Assembly (NCBI GenBank): GCA_003567725.1
Contig: PWYU01000057.1
Span: forward strand, 9,205 to 73,204
Reading direction: 5' to 3'
DNA from: Syntrophomonadaceae bacterium
GTDB lineage: Bacteria; Bacillota; Dethiobacteria; DTU022
DNA length: 64,000 nt
Within the stretch, counting starts at the first letter, position 1. The number at the start of each line of letters is the position of its first letter. A program made the position numbers and the translations under genes. The notes below the pieces were generated by a model. The model was not told the origin of the DNA. It made no database searches and worked only from the letters and a program-made list of their open reading frames with translations. Positions 10,662-20,635 of the stretch are shown piece by piece.

Positions 10662-12230
10662 TTAATCTTCCTCGATATATTTTTCTCTTAAACGGGGTTT
10701 GTCAATTTTACCGGTAACATTACGCATAACCTGGTCGAAAACAATTTTTTCGGGCCATTTATAGCGGGCCAGGCCCTCTTCTTTACAGAAATCGAGGACT
10801 TCCTGCTTGGTCATTTCTTCTTCCGGGTAAAGTTGGACCACAGCCATGGCGATTTCCACATAGCGCTCATGAGGGTAACCGATTACGGCCACATCGGCAA
10901 TCTTTGGATTGCGTCGTAAAACATCTTCGATTTCTACAGGGAAGATGTTTTCACCGCCTCTGATGATCAGGTCTTTCTTACGGTCGGCAATATATACATA
11001 TCCGTCTTCGTCCTGGCGGACCAGGTCTCCGGTATAGAGCCAGCCATCTTTGATGGCCCTTTCGGTCATTTCCGGGTTCTTAAAGTATTCTTTCATGTTG
11101 CGGGGGCCTTTTAACAGCAATTCCCCCACCTCTCCGACCGGGACATCAACACCGTGGTCGTCAACCACGCGGGCCGAGACGTTGAAAGTAGGTTTGCATA
11201 TAGAACCAGGCCGATCGAGGACGTCTTCATCGTAAAGATTGAAGGTTCCACCGCCGCCTCCTTCTGTAATGCCGTAGATATTGCCGGTTTTAAAGGGCAG
11301 CAGCTTTTTCATATCTTTAAACAAAGCTGACGGAACCGGCTGAGCCCCGATGACAATGTTTCCCGTAACAGGCGATAAATCATAATTGTTAATATCAATT
11401 TTGCCCTTCTTTATGGCATTAATAGAATCTGACATAGTGGGAACCGTTACCCAACCGTTGTTAATTTTTTCGTTGGCTATGGTTTTAATTAGATAACTGG
11501 GATCGCTTAGATCCAGGAGTAAGACAATTTTCCCACCGGCCAGGTATGAGGGGAATGATAGGAAAAGGCTGCCGCTGTGGTAAAGTGGATGTGCGGCTAA
11601 GTATACAGTTTCATGTCCTTCAGAATATGTCAGGGCATTGCCGAGGCCGATCTCGTATAAGGTTTTATGGGCCTGGCAGACTGGCTTTGGTGGGCCGGTA
11701 GTGCCGGATGTAAACATTAATTCAGCCGGATCTTCTGCGTCGACTTCAACCAGGAGATCCTCGTTCTTTGAGCTTTCTAGGACACTGGCGTAGGGAATCA
11801 TGTCACCAGGGGCGTTGTCGCCAATGCAGATGTATGATTCGATTGTTTTCATTTCACCCCGGATGGGTTCTACTTTTTCCAGGAAGCCGTCACTCAGGAT
11901 AAAGGCCTTGGGATTACTGGCTTCGGCGGCATATTTGATATCAGAGCTGGCAAAACGAAAGTTAAGGGGAACTGCTACTGCTCCCGCCCTCAGGATGGCA
12001 TGATAAGTGATCATCCACTCCAGGCTGTTCATCTGCAGGTGTAAAACAAAATCGCCTTTTTTTATGCCCAGCTGATCTTTTAGGTAGTTGGCTACAAGGT
12101 TGGTTTGATTATTGAATTCTTTCCAGGTGAGCACCCGGCGCTGGTCTTTTGATGGAGTGTATTCAATCAAAAATTCCTTTTCCGGATACTTGTGGGCATT
12201 AATAATACCATAAGATGCGAAATTCACCAT
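10662..12230 (-). CDS. AMP-dependent acyl/aryl-CoA ligase
   Basis: FTSGTTGPPK, YGITE, TGDL, DRKKDLIIRGGENIFP and TGKIDK. Confidence 0.92.
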   Translation of the reverse strand: MVNFASYGIINAHKYPEKEFLIEYTPSKDQRRVLTWKEFNNQTNLVANYLKDQLGIKKGDFVLHLQMNSLEWMITYHAILRAGAVAVPLNFRFASSDIKYAAEASNPKAFILSDGFLEKVEPIRGEMKTIESYICIGDNAPGDMIPYASVLESSKNEDLLVEVDAEDPAELMFTSGTTGPPKPVCQAHKTLYEIGLGNALTYSEGHETVYLAAHPLYHSGSLFLSFPSYLAGGKIVLLLDLSDPSYLIKTIANEKINNGWVTVPTMSDSINAIKKGKIDINNYDLSPVTGNIVIGAQPVPSALFKDMKKLLPFKTGNIYGITEGGGGGTFNLYDEDVLDRPGSICKPTFNVSARVVDDHGVDVPVGEVGELLLKGPRNMKEYFKNPEMTERAIKDGWLYTGDLVRQDEDGYVYIADRKKDLIIRGGENIFPVEIEDVLRRNPKIADVAVIGYPHERYVEIAMAVVQLYPEEEMTKQEVLDFCKEEGLARYKWPEKIVFDQVMRNVTGKIDKPRLREKYIEED

Positions 12231-12379
12231 TTTCCCTCCTCATGATTAAATATTTTGTATCTGTTCAGCCGCTACCGGCCTGCTCAGGCTTGTTCGGTGG
12301 CAGAGACCTGTTGATTTAAGATCTTTGGTCAGTAACCATATTTTTTTAATAATCCAGCTAAACCGGATAGCCGGACAGT

Positions 12380-12964
12380 TTAATCGGTAACCTCACGGCC
12401 AGCAATAAAGGCTTTTTTGTTTAATTCAATGAATTTTTGCGGCACCATACGTCCGACAACATCGAGCCAGGCTTCTTCTTCTCCGCCAACCAGGTTGGAG
12501 AGAGACCCAAGCAAAACTACGCCGACCATGGCCGGGTTTCCTAAATCTTTGGCAATTCCGGTTCCCTTTACCCAAAGAACTTTTCCGGCTCTTTCCAGGA
12601 GCAGGGCTTCTATTTCTTTTTTTGAAGGATAACTGGCTTTACCCAGGTTTACCAGGGGCGGGTTAATCCGGTAATCGTTAACCAGGGCCAGGGATTTTTC
12701 CTTCAAATAATGGGGGAATCGGGCTGCTTCAAGCATTTCAAAACCGATCAGGTAATCGGCGCTATTTTCTTCTACCAGGGGTGAATAAACCTTTTCTCCC
12801 CATCGAATGTGGCTGTCTACCTGTCCGCCCCGCTGAGCCATTCCGTGTACTTCTGCTTTTTTAACATCATACCCGAGCTGCAGCCCTACTTCGGCCAGGA
12901 TGTTGCTGGCCAGGATTGTACCCTGACCGCCCACACCGGCCATTAAAAAGTCAATGTTTTTCAT
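12380..12964 (-). CDS. iorB: indolepyruvate:ferredoxin oxidoreductase beta subunit
   Basis: GVGGQGTILAS and EVHGMAQRGG; follows iorA. Confidence 0.93.
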   Translation of the reverse strand: MKNIDFLMAGVGGQGTILASNILAEVGLQLGYDVKKAEVHGMAQRGGQVDSHIRWGEKVYSPLVEENSADYLIGFEMLEAARFPHYLKEKSLALVNDYRINPPLVNLGKASYPSKKEIEALLLERAGKVLWVKGTGIAKDLGNPAMVGVVLLGSLSNLVGGEEEAWLDVVGRMVPQKFIELNKKAFIAGREVTD

Positions 12965-13007
12965 ATCTTCTTGCCTCCCTTAAAGATTATTTCAAGGCTG
13001 CTTAAAT

Positions 13008-14756
13008 TTACTTTTCGATAATAGCCTCCTGGGGACATACTTTTACGCAAAGGCCGCAGCCGTTACATAACATGGTATCGATGCGAACATGATCTTCTTC
13101 CTGGACCAGCGGGGAGCACCCGATCTCCAGGCAGATGCCGCAGTTGATACAGATATCGGGATCCACTTCCGGCGGAGTGTGTTTTTCCCTGGTGCTCAGC
13201 ACGCAGGGGTGGCGGGAAATGATCACCGATGGTTCTTTACTCTCGACATGGTCCTTAAGGATCTTTTGCATTTTGTCGATGTCGTAAGGGTCGCAGATAT
13301 CTATTTTTTCATAACCGAGACCGCGAACCAGTTTTTCGGGGTCGACCACTTTAGTTTTCTGGCCTTGAATAGTTTTACCGGTTCCGGGGTGTTCCTGGAA
13401 ACCGGTCATGGCTGTGGCATTATTGTCCGATATAATCGTAGTGGTGTTGCCCTGGTTATAAAGAACGTCGATAACGGGATGGATTCCTGAATGCAGGAAT
13501 GTAGAGTCTCCGAGGACGGCTACTACATCATCTTTAACACCGGCCTTATCAATACCATGCGCTACACCGATGCTGGCTCCCATGCAGCCGGTGGTATGCA
13601 TGGCGCTTAGAGGCGGTGCAAAGGCCAGTGTGTAGCAGCCAATATCTCCGGTTACCAGCACTCCTTCTTCCCTGAGCACGTGAAATAGGGCGCGATGTCC
13701 GCATCCCGGGCAGAGCATGGGCGGACGGATAGGGCGTTCCAGATCGCTTTTTAGCTCGGGTGGTGCCGGAGGCGCGTCAATTAAACCGGCTTTCACAGCA
13801 CAGCTGCGTATCAGGGAGGGGCTAAATTCGCCCAGAATGGGGAAGATATCCTTGCCCTGTACTTCAAAGCCCATCAGCTTCAACATTTCCTCCAGGAAGG
13901 GATCGAGCTCTTCAATAACAATAATCTTTTCCACTTGTTCTGCAAATTCGCGGATCAGTTTTTCGGGCAGGGGATAGACCATGCCCAGTTTTAGAAAGGT
14001 AGCATCAGGAAATACTTCCCGGGCATAGTGGTAACTAATCCCGGCGCTGACGATACCCAATTTGCTATTACCCGGTTCAATATAGTTAATTGGCGTGGTT
14101 TCGGCAAAATCGGCCAGCTCTTTCAAGCGTTCTTCCACCACCGGGTGGCGCCGCCTGGCATTGGCAGGAACCATGACAAATTTTTGCGGATCCCGTTTGT
14201 AAACGTTAAGCTCCTCCGGCGGTGAAGGGGGGCCTTCCTCTGTATATTCTACAGGCGTGGAAGAGTGTGACAGGCGGGTGACGCTGCGGACGATAACCGG
14301 GGTATCGAACTGTTCGCTCATGTCAAGGGCGATGCCAACGAACTGTTTTGCTTCTTCACTGTCCGATGGTTCAATCATCGGGCACTTGGCGAACTTGGCG
14401 TAATTCCGGTTGTCCTGCTCATTCTGGGAGCTGTGCATGTTGGGGTCATCGGCACAGACAATAACCAGGCCGGCTTTCACGCCGGTATAGACGGCATAAA
14501 AAAGGGAGTCTGCGGCCACATTCATACCGACATGCTTCATGGTGCTCATAGCTCGTGTACCGGCATAAGCCGCTCCAATGGCTACATCGAGAGCCACTTT
14601 TTCATTGGGAGACCATTCGGCAAATACGTTCGGGTAATTGGCATAATTAGCCAGTATTTCCGAACTGGGAGTTCCGGGGTAGGCAGCTGCAACCCTGACC
14701 CCGTGTAAATAGGCTCCGTAAGCGAAGGCCTCATTTCCGGTCATTAATTTTTTCAA
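13008..14756 (-). CDS. iorA: indolepyruvate:ferredoxin oxidoreductase alpha subunit
   Basis: GNEA, YPGTPSSEI, MKHVGMNVAAD, DDPNMHSSQNEQD, CPGCGHR, GDIGCYTL, GDSTFLHSG and a C-terminal 2x[4Fe-4S] domain. Confidence 0.95.
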   Translation of the reverse strand: MKKLMTGNEAFAYGAYLHGVRVAAAYPGTPSSEILANYANYPNVFAEWSPNEKVALDVAIGAAYAGTRAMSTMKHVGMNVAADSLFYAVYTGVKAGLVIVCADDPNMHSSQNEQDNRNYAKFAKCPMIEPSDSEEAKQFVGIALDMSEQFDTPVIVRSVTRLSHSSTPVEYTEEGPPSPPEELNVYKRDPQKFVMVPANARRRHPVVEERLKELADFAETTPINYIEPGNSKLGIVSAGISYHYAREVFPDATFLKLGMVYPLPEKLIREFAEQVEKIIVIEELDPFLEEMLKLMGFEVQGKDIFPILGEFSPSLIRSCAVKAGLIDAPPAPPELKSDLERPIRPPMLCPGCGHRALFHVLREEGVLVTGDIGCYTLAFAPPLSAMHTTGCMGASIGVAHGIDKAGVKDDVVAVLGDSTFLHSGIHPVIDVLYNQGNTTTIISDNNATAMTGFQEHPGTGKTIQGQKTKVVDPEKLVRGLGYEKIDICDPYDIDKMQKILKDHVESKEPSVIISRHPCVLSTREKHTPPEVDPDICINCGICLEIGCSPLVQEEDHVRIDTMLCNGCGLCVKVCPQEAIIEK

Positions 14757-14787
14757 TGCTAACCCTCCTTATTGTATTGGTCTTGCT

Positions 14788-15984
14788 TCAGTTTAATTGT
14801 TCAAAAAATGGTTCCAGCTTAGCCAAAACCTGGTCTTCAGAAAACAAGCGTAAATCAGACATATCCGCTTCAAATACCGCGCCGGGCCGGCCGGTTTTTT
14901 CCCTGATCAATTTGCTTTTGGCGTAAAGGCCAAAAGCACTGGGTTTACAGCTGCGGTTGGAAAATAATACGAAGCCGTCCACATTGTATTTTTTCATAAA
15001 GCTAATCTTCCGCCGGACCCGGTAATCAAAGCAGCGGTTTACAAATTCATGGGTATAGTTTTCAGCCAGGCTTTCCAGGGGGCGCTCAAGGTCAAATGAA
15101 TAAGCCCATGAATGAGTGTACTGGGAAGCCACAACCAGCGCCCCCTTTGAAGCAAAAAGTTCAGAAAACCAGCGCAGTTTTGGCCAGCAGGGGATGTGGT
15201 CAAAGTAGATCTTATGACGCTCCTTTGGTATGGCGGTTATTTTTTTCTCGATACGTTCGTCGATTTCCTTTTTTAGGGCCCGGTAATAGTCAACTGCCTC
15301 CCGGGTACCTCTGAGGGTGACAATTGGAGCCATGTGGAAACAGGCGTCGAAAAACCCGAAGGGAGCCGGTTTCAGGGCGGCTGAATCAAGAATTTCGTTC
15401 CAAAGGCGGCAGGCTTCGTTGGAAAGACTTAAAACTTCTGTGAGGCGGTCATAATCAAATGGTTGGCCGGTTTGCTTCTCAATAAATTTAATCATTTCTT
15501 TTAGCTGTTCGATAAAATACTCAATACAGAGACGGTCAGTTTCCAGACCCACCCGGGGTGAATCAAGCAGGAAATATGGGGCATCATAGAAGCGGCTTGC
15601 TACTTCGAACCACTTGGGCAAACTCCCGCACTGGGTGTTACAACAAAACAGCAGGTCAGGCTCTAAGATTCTACCCACCGGGTGTTCCTCCGAGAAAGCA
15701 TCCCCGATACCGCAGCGGGCATATCCGCATAGGTCGCTGGCATAGCCTTTGCCTTCGGCGGCTGCCGATAGCTCATGAGCAATCTTTTTGGCTGCGGCAA
15801 CAGCACCAAAATTTTCCGGATAATAGGGGAAAAGCCCGGCAGCGTAAATGAGTTCTACCGGAAAGACGGCGGTAACCCAGGCTACCGGCCGGCCTTCTTT
15901 TTTCGCTTTTTGCCCACTTTCGTGGTAATTTTTCATCATTTCTTTCATCAAGGCAGCAGTTTTAAAGATATTTTTTGTGCTCAA
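14788..15984 (-). CDS. 2-hydroxyacyl-CoA dehydratase subunit (HgdA/FldB/HadB-like)
   Basis: KAKKEGRPVAWVTAVFPVE, YPEN, GYASDLCGYAR, CNTQC and NRSCKP resemble HadB/FldB. Confidence 0.85.
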   Translation of the reverse strand: MSTKNIFKTAALMKEMMKNYHESGQKAKKEGRPVAWVTAVFPVELIYAAGLFPYYPENFGAVAAAKKIAHELSAAAEGKGYASDLCGYARCGIGDAFSEEHPVGRILEPDLLFCCNTQCGSLPKWFEVASRFYDAPYFLLDSPRVGLETDRLCIEYFIEQLKEMIKFIEKQTGQPFDYDRLTEVLSLSNEACRLWNEILDSAALKPAPFGFFDACFHMAPIVTLRGTREAVDYYRALKKEIDERIEKKITAIPKERHKIYFDHIPCWPKLRWFSELFASKGALVVASQYTHSWAYSFDLERPLESLAENYTHEFVNRCFDYRVRRKISFMKKYNVDGFVLFSNRSCKPSAFGLYAKSKLIREKTGRPGAVFEADMSDLRLFSEDQVLAKLEPFFEQLN

Positions 15985-17123
15985 CGGCTTTCACCTCCAA
16001 CCATTTCCATAAAAGCATGGATTCTGGTACGGATTTGTCCCAGCCCTGCGCCGCCAAATTGTGTTTCAATGCGGATAGCCGGAAGGCCTTCATCCTGCAT
16101 AGCCTTCAGGTTGTCGTAGCTATCAAAATTTTCGGGTTCGCAAAAAGTGAGGTGCAGGAATATTGCGCCCACTGCTTTTTTCTCTTTAGCCAGGCCGGTA
16201 AGGAAATATCTTCTCGGGTTTTGCTCAATATCAAATACTGCCGATGGGATACGCTTTAACTGCCGGTCGGCCAGTGCTTTTAACGGATCGGTTGCGGTAC
16301 TTACATCAGCTTCAATATAGCGGTACCCGTTCTGAAAATCATCTGCGATCACTGTTCCTCCAAATTCTTCCAGGTAGTCTAATACCTCAAAGGGTTCAAG
16401 CAAGGTTCCGGACATTAAAAGAGGCAAGTACTGGGCGCTGCTTTCATTGATTGGTTTTTGCTCTAAGTCTTCCAAAGCTAATTTTAAAAGCCTGTTTACT
16501 TCTTCCCTGGGCATAATCATGGCTGCGTTTATAACAGTATATAACTGGCGGGAATTGATCAGGTTTGGGCTATGATTATGAAGTTCTGTCAGCCTGCGCA
16601 ATAGCAGCCGGTTTTGGTTGTAAAGTTTAATACTTTCCTGGAGTTCACCCTTTTCGATGGGTGAACCGCGGTATATTTCAAGCCCCTTTTTTATCCTTTC
16701 CAGTTCACCCACTAGATACTGTCCGGCGCTGGCCCGGTTTACCTGCCGGGGGAGGCGGAAGTTTTCCATATAAGGCAGAGGGCGGAGATGTTCCCAGAGA
16801 TCAAGCAGCATCCGCATAGTGTCACAGGTATGGGGTATGATCAACCCGTCCAGGAAATCCAGTTCTCCTTCCAGGGCGCGGGCTAAAGCGCTTCTGGAGT
16901 TAGAACAAGCCCAGGACTGAAGGTGAGCGTTGGCTTCTTCCAGGTTTGTGCTGCCACCGACAATGGCATAGGGGAAAAACCCTGCGGCATGGATCATTTC
17001 TTCAGGGACATCACTTAAAAGAAAGCCGATTGCCTTCCCCCCGGACTCCTTTTTCCACTGCTTCACAGCTTCGGAGCGGTTTATGATAGCGTTTTCAAAT
17101 GGCGCGAAATGGTTGCTTTTAAT
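15981..17123 (-). CDS. 2-hydroxyacyl-CoA dehydratase subunit (HgdB/FldC/BzdN-like); probable ATT start
   Basis: VPEEMIHAAG, QSWACS, PHTCDT, FCEPENFD and QIRTRIHAFME. The ORF track starts at GTG 17066 (no RBS); the in-frame ATT at 17123 follows AAGGAGAGG. Confidence 0.85.
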   Translation of the reverse strand: MKSNHFAPFENAIINRSEAVKQWKKESGGKAIGFLLSDVPEEMIHAAGFFPYAIVGGSTNLEEANAHLQSWACSNSRSALARALEGELDFLDGLIIPHTCDTMRMLLDLWEHLRPLPYMENFRLPRQVNRASAGQYLVGELERIKKGLEIYRGSPIEKGELQESIKLYNQNRLLLRRLTELHNHSPNLINSRQLYTVINAAMIMPREEVNRLLKLALEDLEQKPINESSAQYLPLLMSGTLLEPFEVLDYLEEFGGTVIADDFQNGYRYIEADVSTATDPLKALADRQLKRIPSAVFDIEQNPRRYFLTGLAKEKKAVGAIFLHLTFCEPENFDSYDNLKAMQDEGLPAIRIETQFGGAGLGQIRTRIHAFMEMVGGESR

Positions 17124-17160
17124 AAATAGCCTCTCCTTTTTTATAGCTTAATAGAAACAT

Positions 17161-18183
17161 TTATTGTTTGAGCCACTGTGGATTCCCCTCAAAGCCTGGT
17201 ACCACGTTTAGGAGCGGTTCTCCGTTTAAGAAACGTTCAATATTGTCTGTAAAAGCTCCTCCGAACCTGGCTGCATACATATCTGTCCAACTTGAAATAT
17301 GAGGTGTAATCAAGATATTATCGCAATCCCAGAGCTCATCTTCCGGAGGTAGATATGACGGCAGGGGGTTTTTAATCCATTGAGTGTCATTGGCCGCACC
17401 GGCTATCCAGCCTTCTTTCAAAGCTTTAATTAAATCCTCTTTGATGATCAGTGTGCCCCGGGCACAATTAATAAGGTAGGCTGTATTCTTCATAAGTTTA
17501 AAAGTCCTCTCATTCATCATGCCCTGGGTTTCTTTAGTTTCAGGACAGGAGAGGACCAGGAAATCGCTCTGACGGATTACTTCATCGACCTGTTCGTTTA
17601 AGTATAATTCATCGACATGAGGAATGTCCATCTTCATAATGTCTGTGCCGATCACATGCATATCAAAGGCTTTGGCCCGTTTTGCTATTTGCCTGCCGAT
17701 ACCTCCAAGACCAACAATGCCAATGGTTTTTCCATATAACTCTTCCCCCCGGACCCGGATAAAATTCCTTTCTTTTTGTTGATCCCAAAGCAGGTTATAT
17801 TTTTTGGCCAGGTTTAACATCAAGCCGATTACGAATTCGGAAACCGGTATGCCCGAACCGCCGGGCAGGCAGGTCAAGGGAACATGTGAGGGAAGTTTTC
17901 CCCACTTGGCCCAATGATCTATGCCGGCGCTAAAGGACATAATCCACTGCAGGTCTTTCATTTCCGGCACTCTTTCTACAATGACTCCCGCTCCAACAAT
18001 GTGGGTGTCTAAATAGTCATCTGGAATTGATTTGGCTGAGCCGTCCTGCAGTAACCGGATATTGATTTCTCCTCTTGCTATTTTTTCTGGAAACTTATCT
18101 TCAATAATATCTTTATAATCTTCAGGGCTGCCCAAACCGGGCTGAAGGGCAACCAGTATATTCAGGGGATTGTATTTCGTCAT
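17161..18183 (-). CDS. D-isomer-specific 2-hydroxyacid dehydrogenase
   Basis: GIVGLGGIG, LINCARG and ITPHISS; start moved to ATG 18183 (RBS GGAGGTG). Confidence 0.9.
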   Translation of the reverse strand: MTKYNPLNILVALQPGLGSPEDYKDIIEDKFPEKIARGEINIRLLQDGSAKSIPDDYLDTHIVGAGVIVERVPEMKDLQWIMSFSAGIDHWAKWGKLPSHVPLTCLPGGSGIPVSEFVIGLMLNLAKKYNLLWDQQKERNFIRVRGEELYGKTIGIVGLGGIGRQIAKRAKAFDMHVIGTDIMKMDIPHVDELYLNEQVDEVIRQSDFLVLSCPETKETQGMMNERTFKLMKNTAYLINCARGTLIIKEDLIKALKEGWIAGAANDTQWIKNPLPSYLPPEDELWDCDNILITPHISSWTDMYAARFGGAFTDNIERFLNGEPLLNVVPGFEGNPQWLKQ

Positions 18184-18521
18184 CTGAGACACCTCCATAA
18201 TTTTATGCGCATGAATGAACCAGCTAATCCTCCGGTCCAATATCTCGCGCATGATCCGATCCTGGACGGGGTAGAGCCCGTACTACCTTATTACATGTGT
18301 TCATTGACAGGCAGGCAAAGAGACATCCATTCTACCGTGCTGCAAAGTTATTTTTAACCAGAGCCTGTCTTAACCACTCAAGATAATTTAGAATGAAGCT
18401 CTTCAGGCCTTAAGGACACCTCCTCTGCATCGTTTCAATATTCTTGATTCACCATTGAAAAATTTTCCCCTTCTTTTGCCTAACTTTTTAATTTACAATA
18501 TTATCACTCTTCAACTTTTTT

Positions 18522-19352
18522 TCAGAGCCCCAGGAGCCTCGATGCATTACCACCGAGGATATTTTGAATTGTTTCACTGCCCAAAGGCAATTTTTTAATG
18601 GCTCTAATATTACCTGCCGGATCGGTTATGCCAGGCCAGTCTGTTCCAAAAAGGACTTTGCCTGATACCCGTTCAAGTTCCGGGAAATATGTTAAGAGTT
18701 TCTGAGGAGGCAGTCCGGCTACTTCCATGTAGACGTTCTCATGAATACGGGTTAAAACAAAAGCCTGATCATACCAGAAGCCCCTTCCACTGTGGACCAG
18801 GATTATCGGGAGGCCGGGAAAATCAACAGCTACTTCATCCAGGTAGAGCGGATCTCCATATTTTAACTTGGCTCCTTTAAAAATCGAAGTGCCGGTGTGG
18901 ACCATTACTGGAATTTTCAGTTCTTCAGCCTGGCTGTAGAGCGGGTAAAGCCTGCGGTCATTGGGATAGCAGTGTTGATAGGTGGGATAGAGCTTGACAC
19001 CTTGAAATCCCTGTTCAATGAGCAGGTTCAGTTCCAGGCCGGTGTTTACGGTCAAGCTGGGGTTAATGCTGGCGAAAGGAATCAGCATTTTTTTATCCTG
19101 GCAAAACCGCAGGACATATTCATTACTGCAAACTCCGGTTACCATGGGTGATATTTCCGCCATTACAACACCATAGTCAATGCCATTGTTCTGCAGGAAT
19201 TTGCATAGATAATCCGGATCGGAAAAATCTTTGTAAAATTGGTCCCAATCTTTATCGGCATGCATTTTTTTGATCCAGTTTAGGGCCGTTTCGACATAAA
19301 ACTGATCATAGACTATGGGATGAATATGAAAATCAATGACTGGAGTTTTCAA
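18522..19352 (-). CDS. amidohydrolase-2 family metal-dependent hydrolase (BamU-like)
   Basis: IDFHIH, GVKLYP, VHTG, VHSGRGFW and LFGTDWP. Confidence 0.85.
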   Translation of the reverse strand: MKTPVIDFHIHPIVYDQFYVETALNWIKKMHADKDWDQFYKDFSDPDYLCKFLQNNGIDYGVVMAEISPMVTGVCSNEYVLRFCQDKKMLIPFASINPSLTVNTGLELNLLIEQGFQGVKLYPTYQHCYPNDRRLYPLYSQAEELKIPVMVHTGTSIFKGAKLKYGDPLYLDEVAVDFPGLPIILVHSGRGFWYDQAFVLTRIHENVYMEVAGLPPQKLLTYFPELERVSGKVLFGTDWPGITDPAGNIRAIKKLPLGSETIQNILGGNASRLLGL

Positions 19353-19385
19353 TAAAGCCCGTCCCCTTTAGAGCATAATTTCTCA

Positions 19386-20540
19386 TTATGCTTCCATAAT
19401 AATGACATTGGCATAAATGCCTACTCCGCCAATATTGTGAACCAGGCCGGTTTTTGCGCCGGGTACCTGGATCTCTCCCGCTTCGCCCCGGAGCTGCTGG
19501 ACGATAGTCCTGACCTGGGAACCACCGGTAGCTCCAATTGGATGACCCTTGGAGAGGAGCCCGCCGTCGACGTTTACTGGAATTTTGCCTTCAAGGTAGG
19601 TTTCTTTTTTGCGGATTAACTCTACCCCACTACCGGGTTCAGCAAAACCCAGGTTTTCATAAGCCATTAATTCAGCGATGGTAAAACAGTCATGGACTTC
19701 TGCGACATCGATATCTTGTGGTTTCACCGCTGCCATCTCATAGGCTTGAAGTGCAGCTAACCGGGCGCTTTCCAATCCGGCGTAAGCATCTCTGCCGGTT
19801 ATGCTGTAAGAGGCAGTAGCGGAACCAATGCCCCGGATCCAGACTGGACGTGTTGAAAGATCTTTAGCCTTTTTCGCCGATGCCAGGATAATGCAGGAAG
19901 AGCCGTCGGCGTTGGCGCAGCAGTCGAACCTTTTTAAAGGGCTGGAAACGTAATCGCTCTCCATTATTTTGGTCATAGGGAGATCTTTTCTGTAAACAGC
20001 CTTTTCATTTAGTTGTCCGTATTTGGCCGCTTTGATTCTGATCAAAGCAAGATCTTCTTCAGTGGTGCCGAATGTATCAAAGTGAGCCCTGGCATGCATG
20101 GCATAGTAGGCAGGCATGGTGGTGCCAAAAGGAGATTCCCACATTATATCTGCACCGCGGCCCATGCGTTCCTGGGAGTCGGCAGAAGATATCTCTGACA
20201 TTTTCTGAAAGCCAATTATTACCACTGCTTCATGTAAGCCGCTTTTAATCAAGCTATAAGCAGTTTTAAGGCCGGTTGTACTTGATGAGCATACGCTTTC
20301 CACTGCAAAAGTCGGCTGGGGATTTAAGCCCAAATATTCAGCAATCAAACCGGAAGGGCTGCGCTGTTTATCATATTCCGGAGCGGAACAGATTATTGAT
20401 GCGTCGAGATCTTTGGCCGTAGCGCCTGCATCCTGCATCGCTTCTCTGTAAGCTTCAAAAGCAAGCTCCCTGATTGAACCTTCATAGTTCCTGACAAAAT
20501 TGCTCTGCCCAACCCCGATTATGGCCACATCGTTAGGCAT
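19386..20540 (-). CDS. SCP2/archaeal-type thiolase (usually DUF35-dependent)
   Basis: VESVCSSS, EVHDCFT, GGLLSKGHPIGATG and HNIGG. Confidence 0.9.
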   Translation of the reverse strand: MPNDVAIIGVGQSNFVRNYEGSIRELAFEAYREAMQDAGATAKDLDASIICSAPEYDKQRSPSGLIAEYLGLNPQPTFAVESVCSSSTTGLKTAYSLIKSGLHEAVVIIGFQKMSEISSADSQERMGRGADIMWESPFGTTMPAYYAMHARAHFDTFGTTEEDLALIRIKAAKYGQLNEKAVYRKDLPMTKIMESDYVSSPLKRFDCCANADGSSCIILASAKKAKDLSTRPVWIRGIGSATASYSITGRDAYAGLESARLAALQAYEMAAVKPQDIDVAEVHDCFTIAELMAYENLGFAEPGSGVELIRKKETYLEGKIPVNVDGGLLSKGHPIGATGGSQVRTIVQQLRGEAGEIQVPGAKTGLVHNIGGVGIYANVIIMEA

Positions 20541-20635
20541 GATTATTCCTCCTCCAATTATTGATCTAGGTAAAATTTTTTATAGTAGCTGTACACCTGA
20601 TACCTGGATTTTTCAATTCCAAGAATTGGTGGGTT

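Noticed and set aside
12988-14762. Partial matches of the two putative omega-RNA guides near the ends of iorA (TTATTTCAAGG, TTCAATGCT)
   Set aside because: Only 9-10 nt in AT-rich DNA; expected by chance
14788-17123. Calling this pair a class I benzoyl-CoA reductase (bzdNO/bcrBC)
   Set aside because: No ATPase subunits nearby, and the larger subunit resembles HadB/FldB; left as HGD-D family
18184-18500. Riboswitch or T-box in the long leader of the 2-hydroxyacid dehydrogenase
   Set aside because: No recognisable conserved motif or terminator/antiterminator pair
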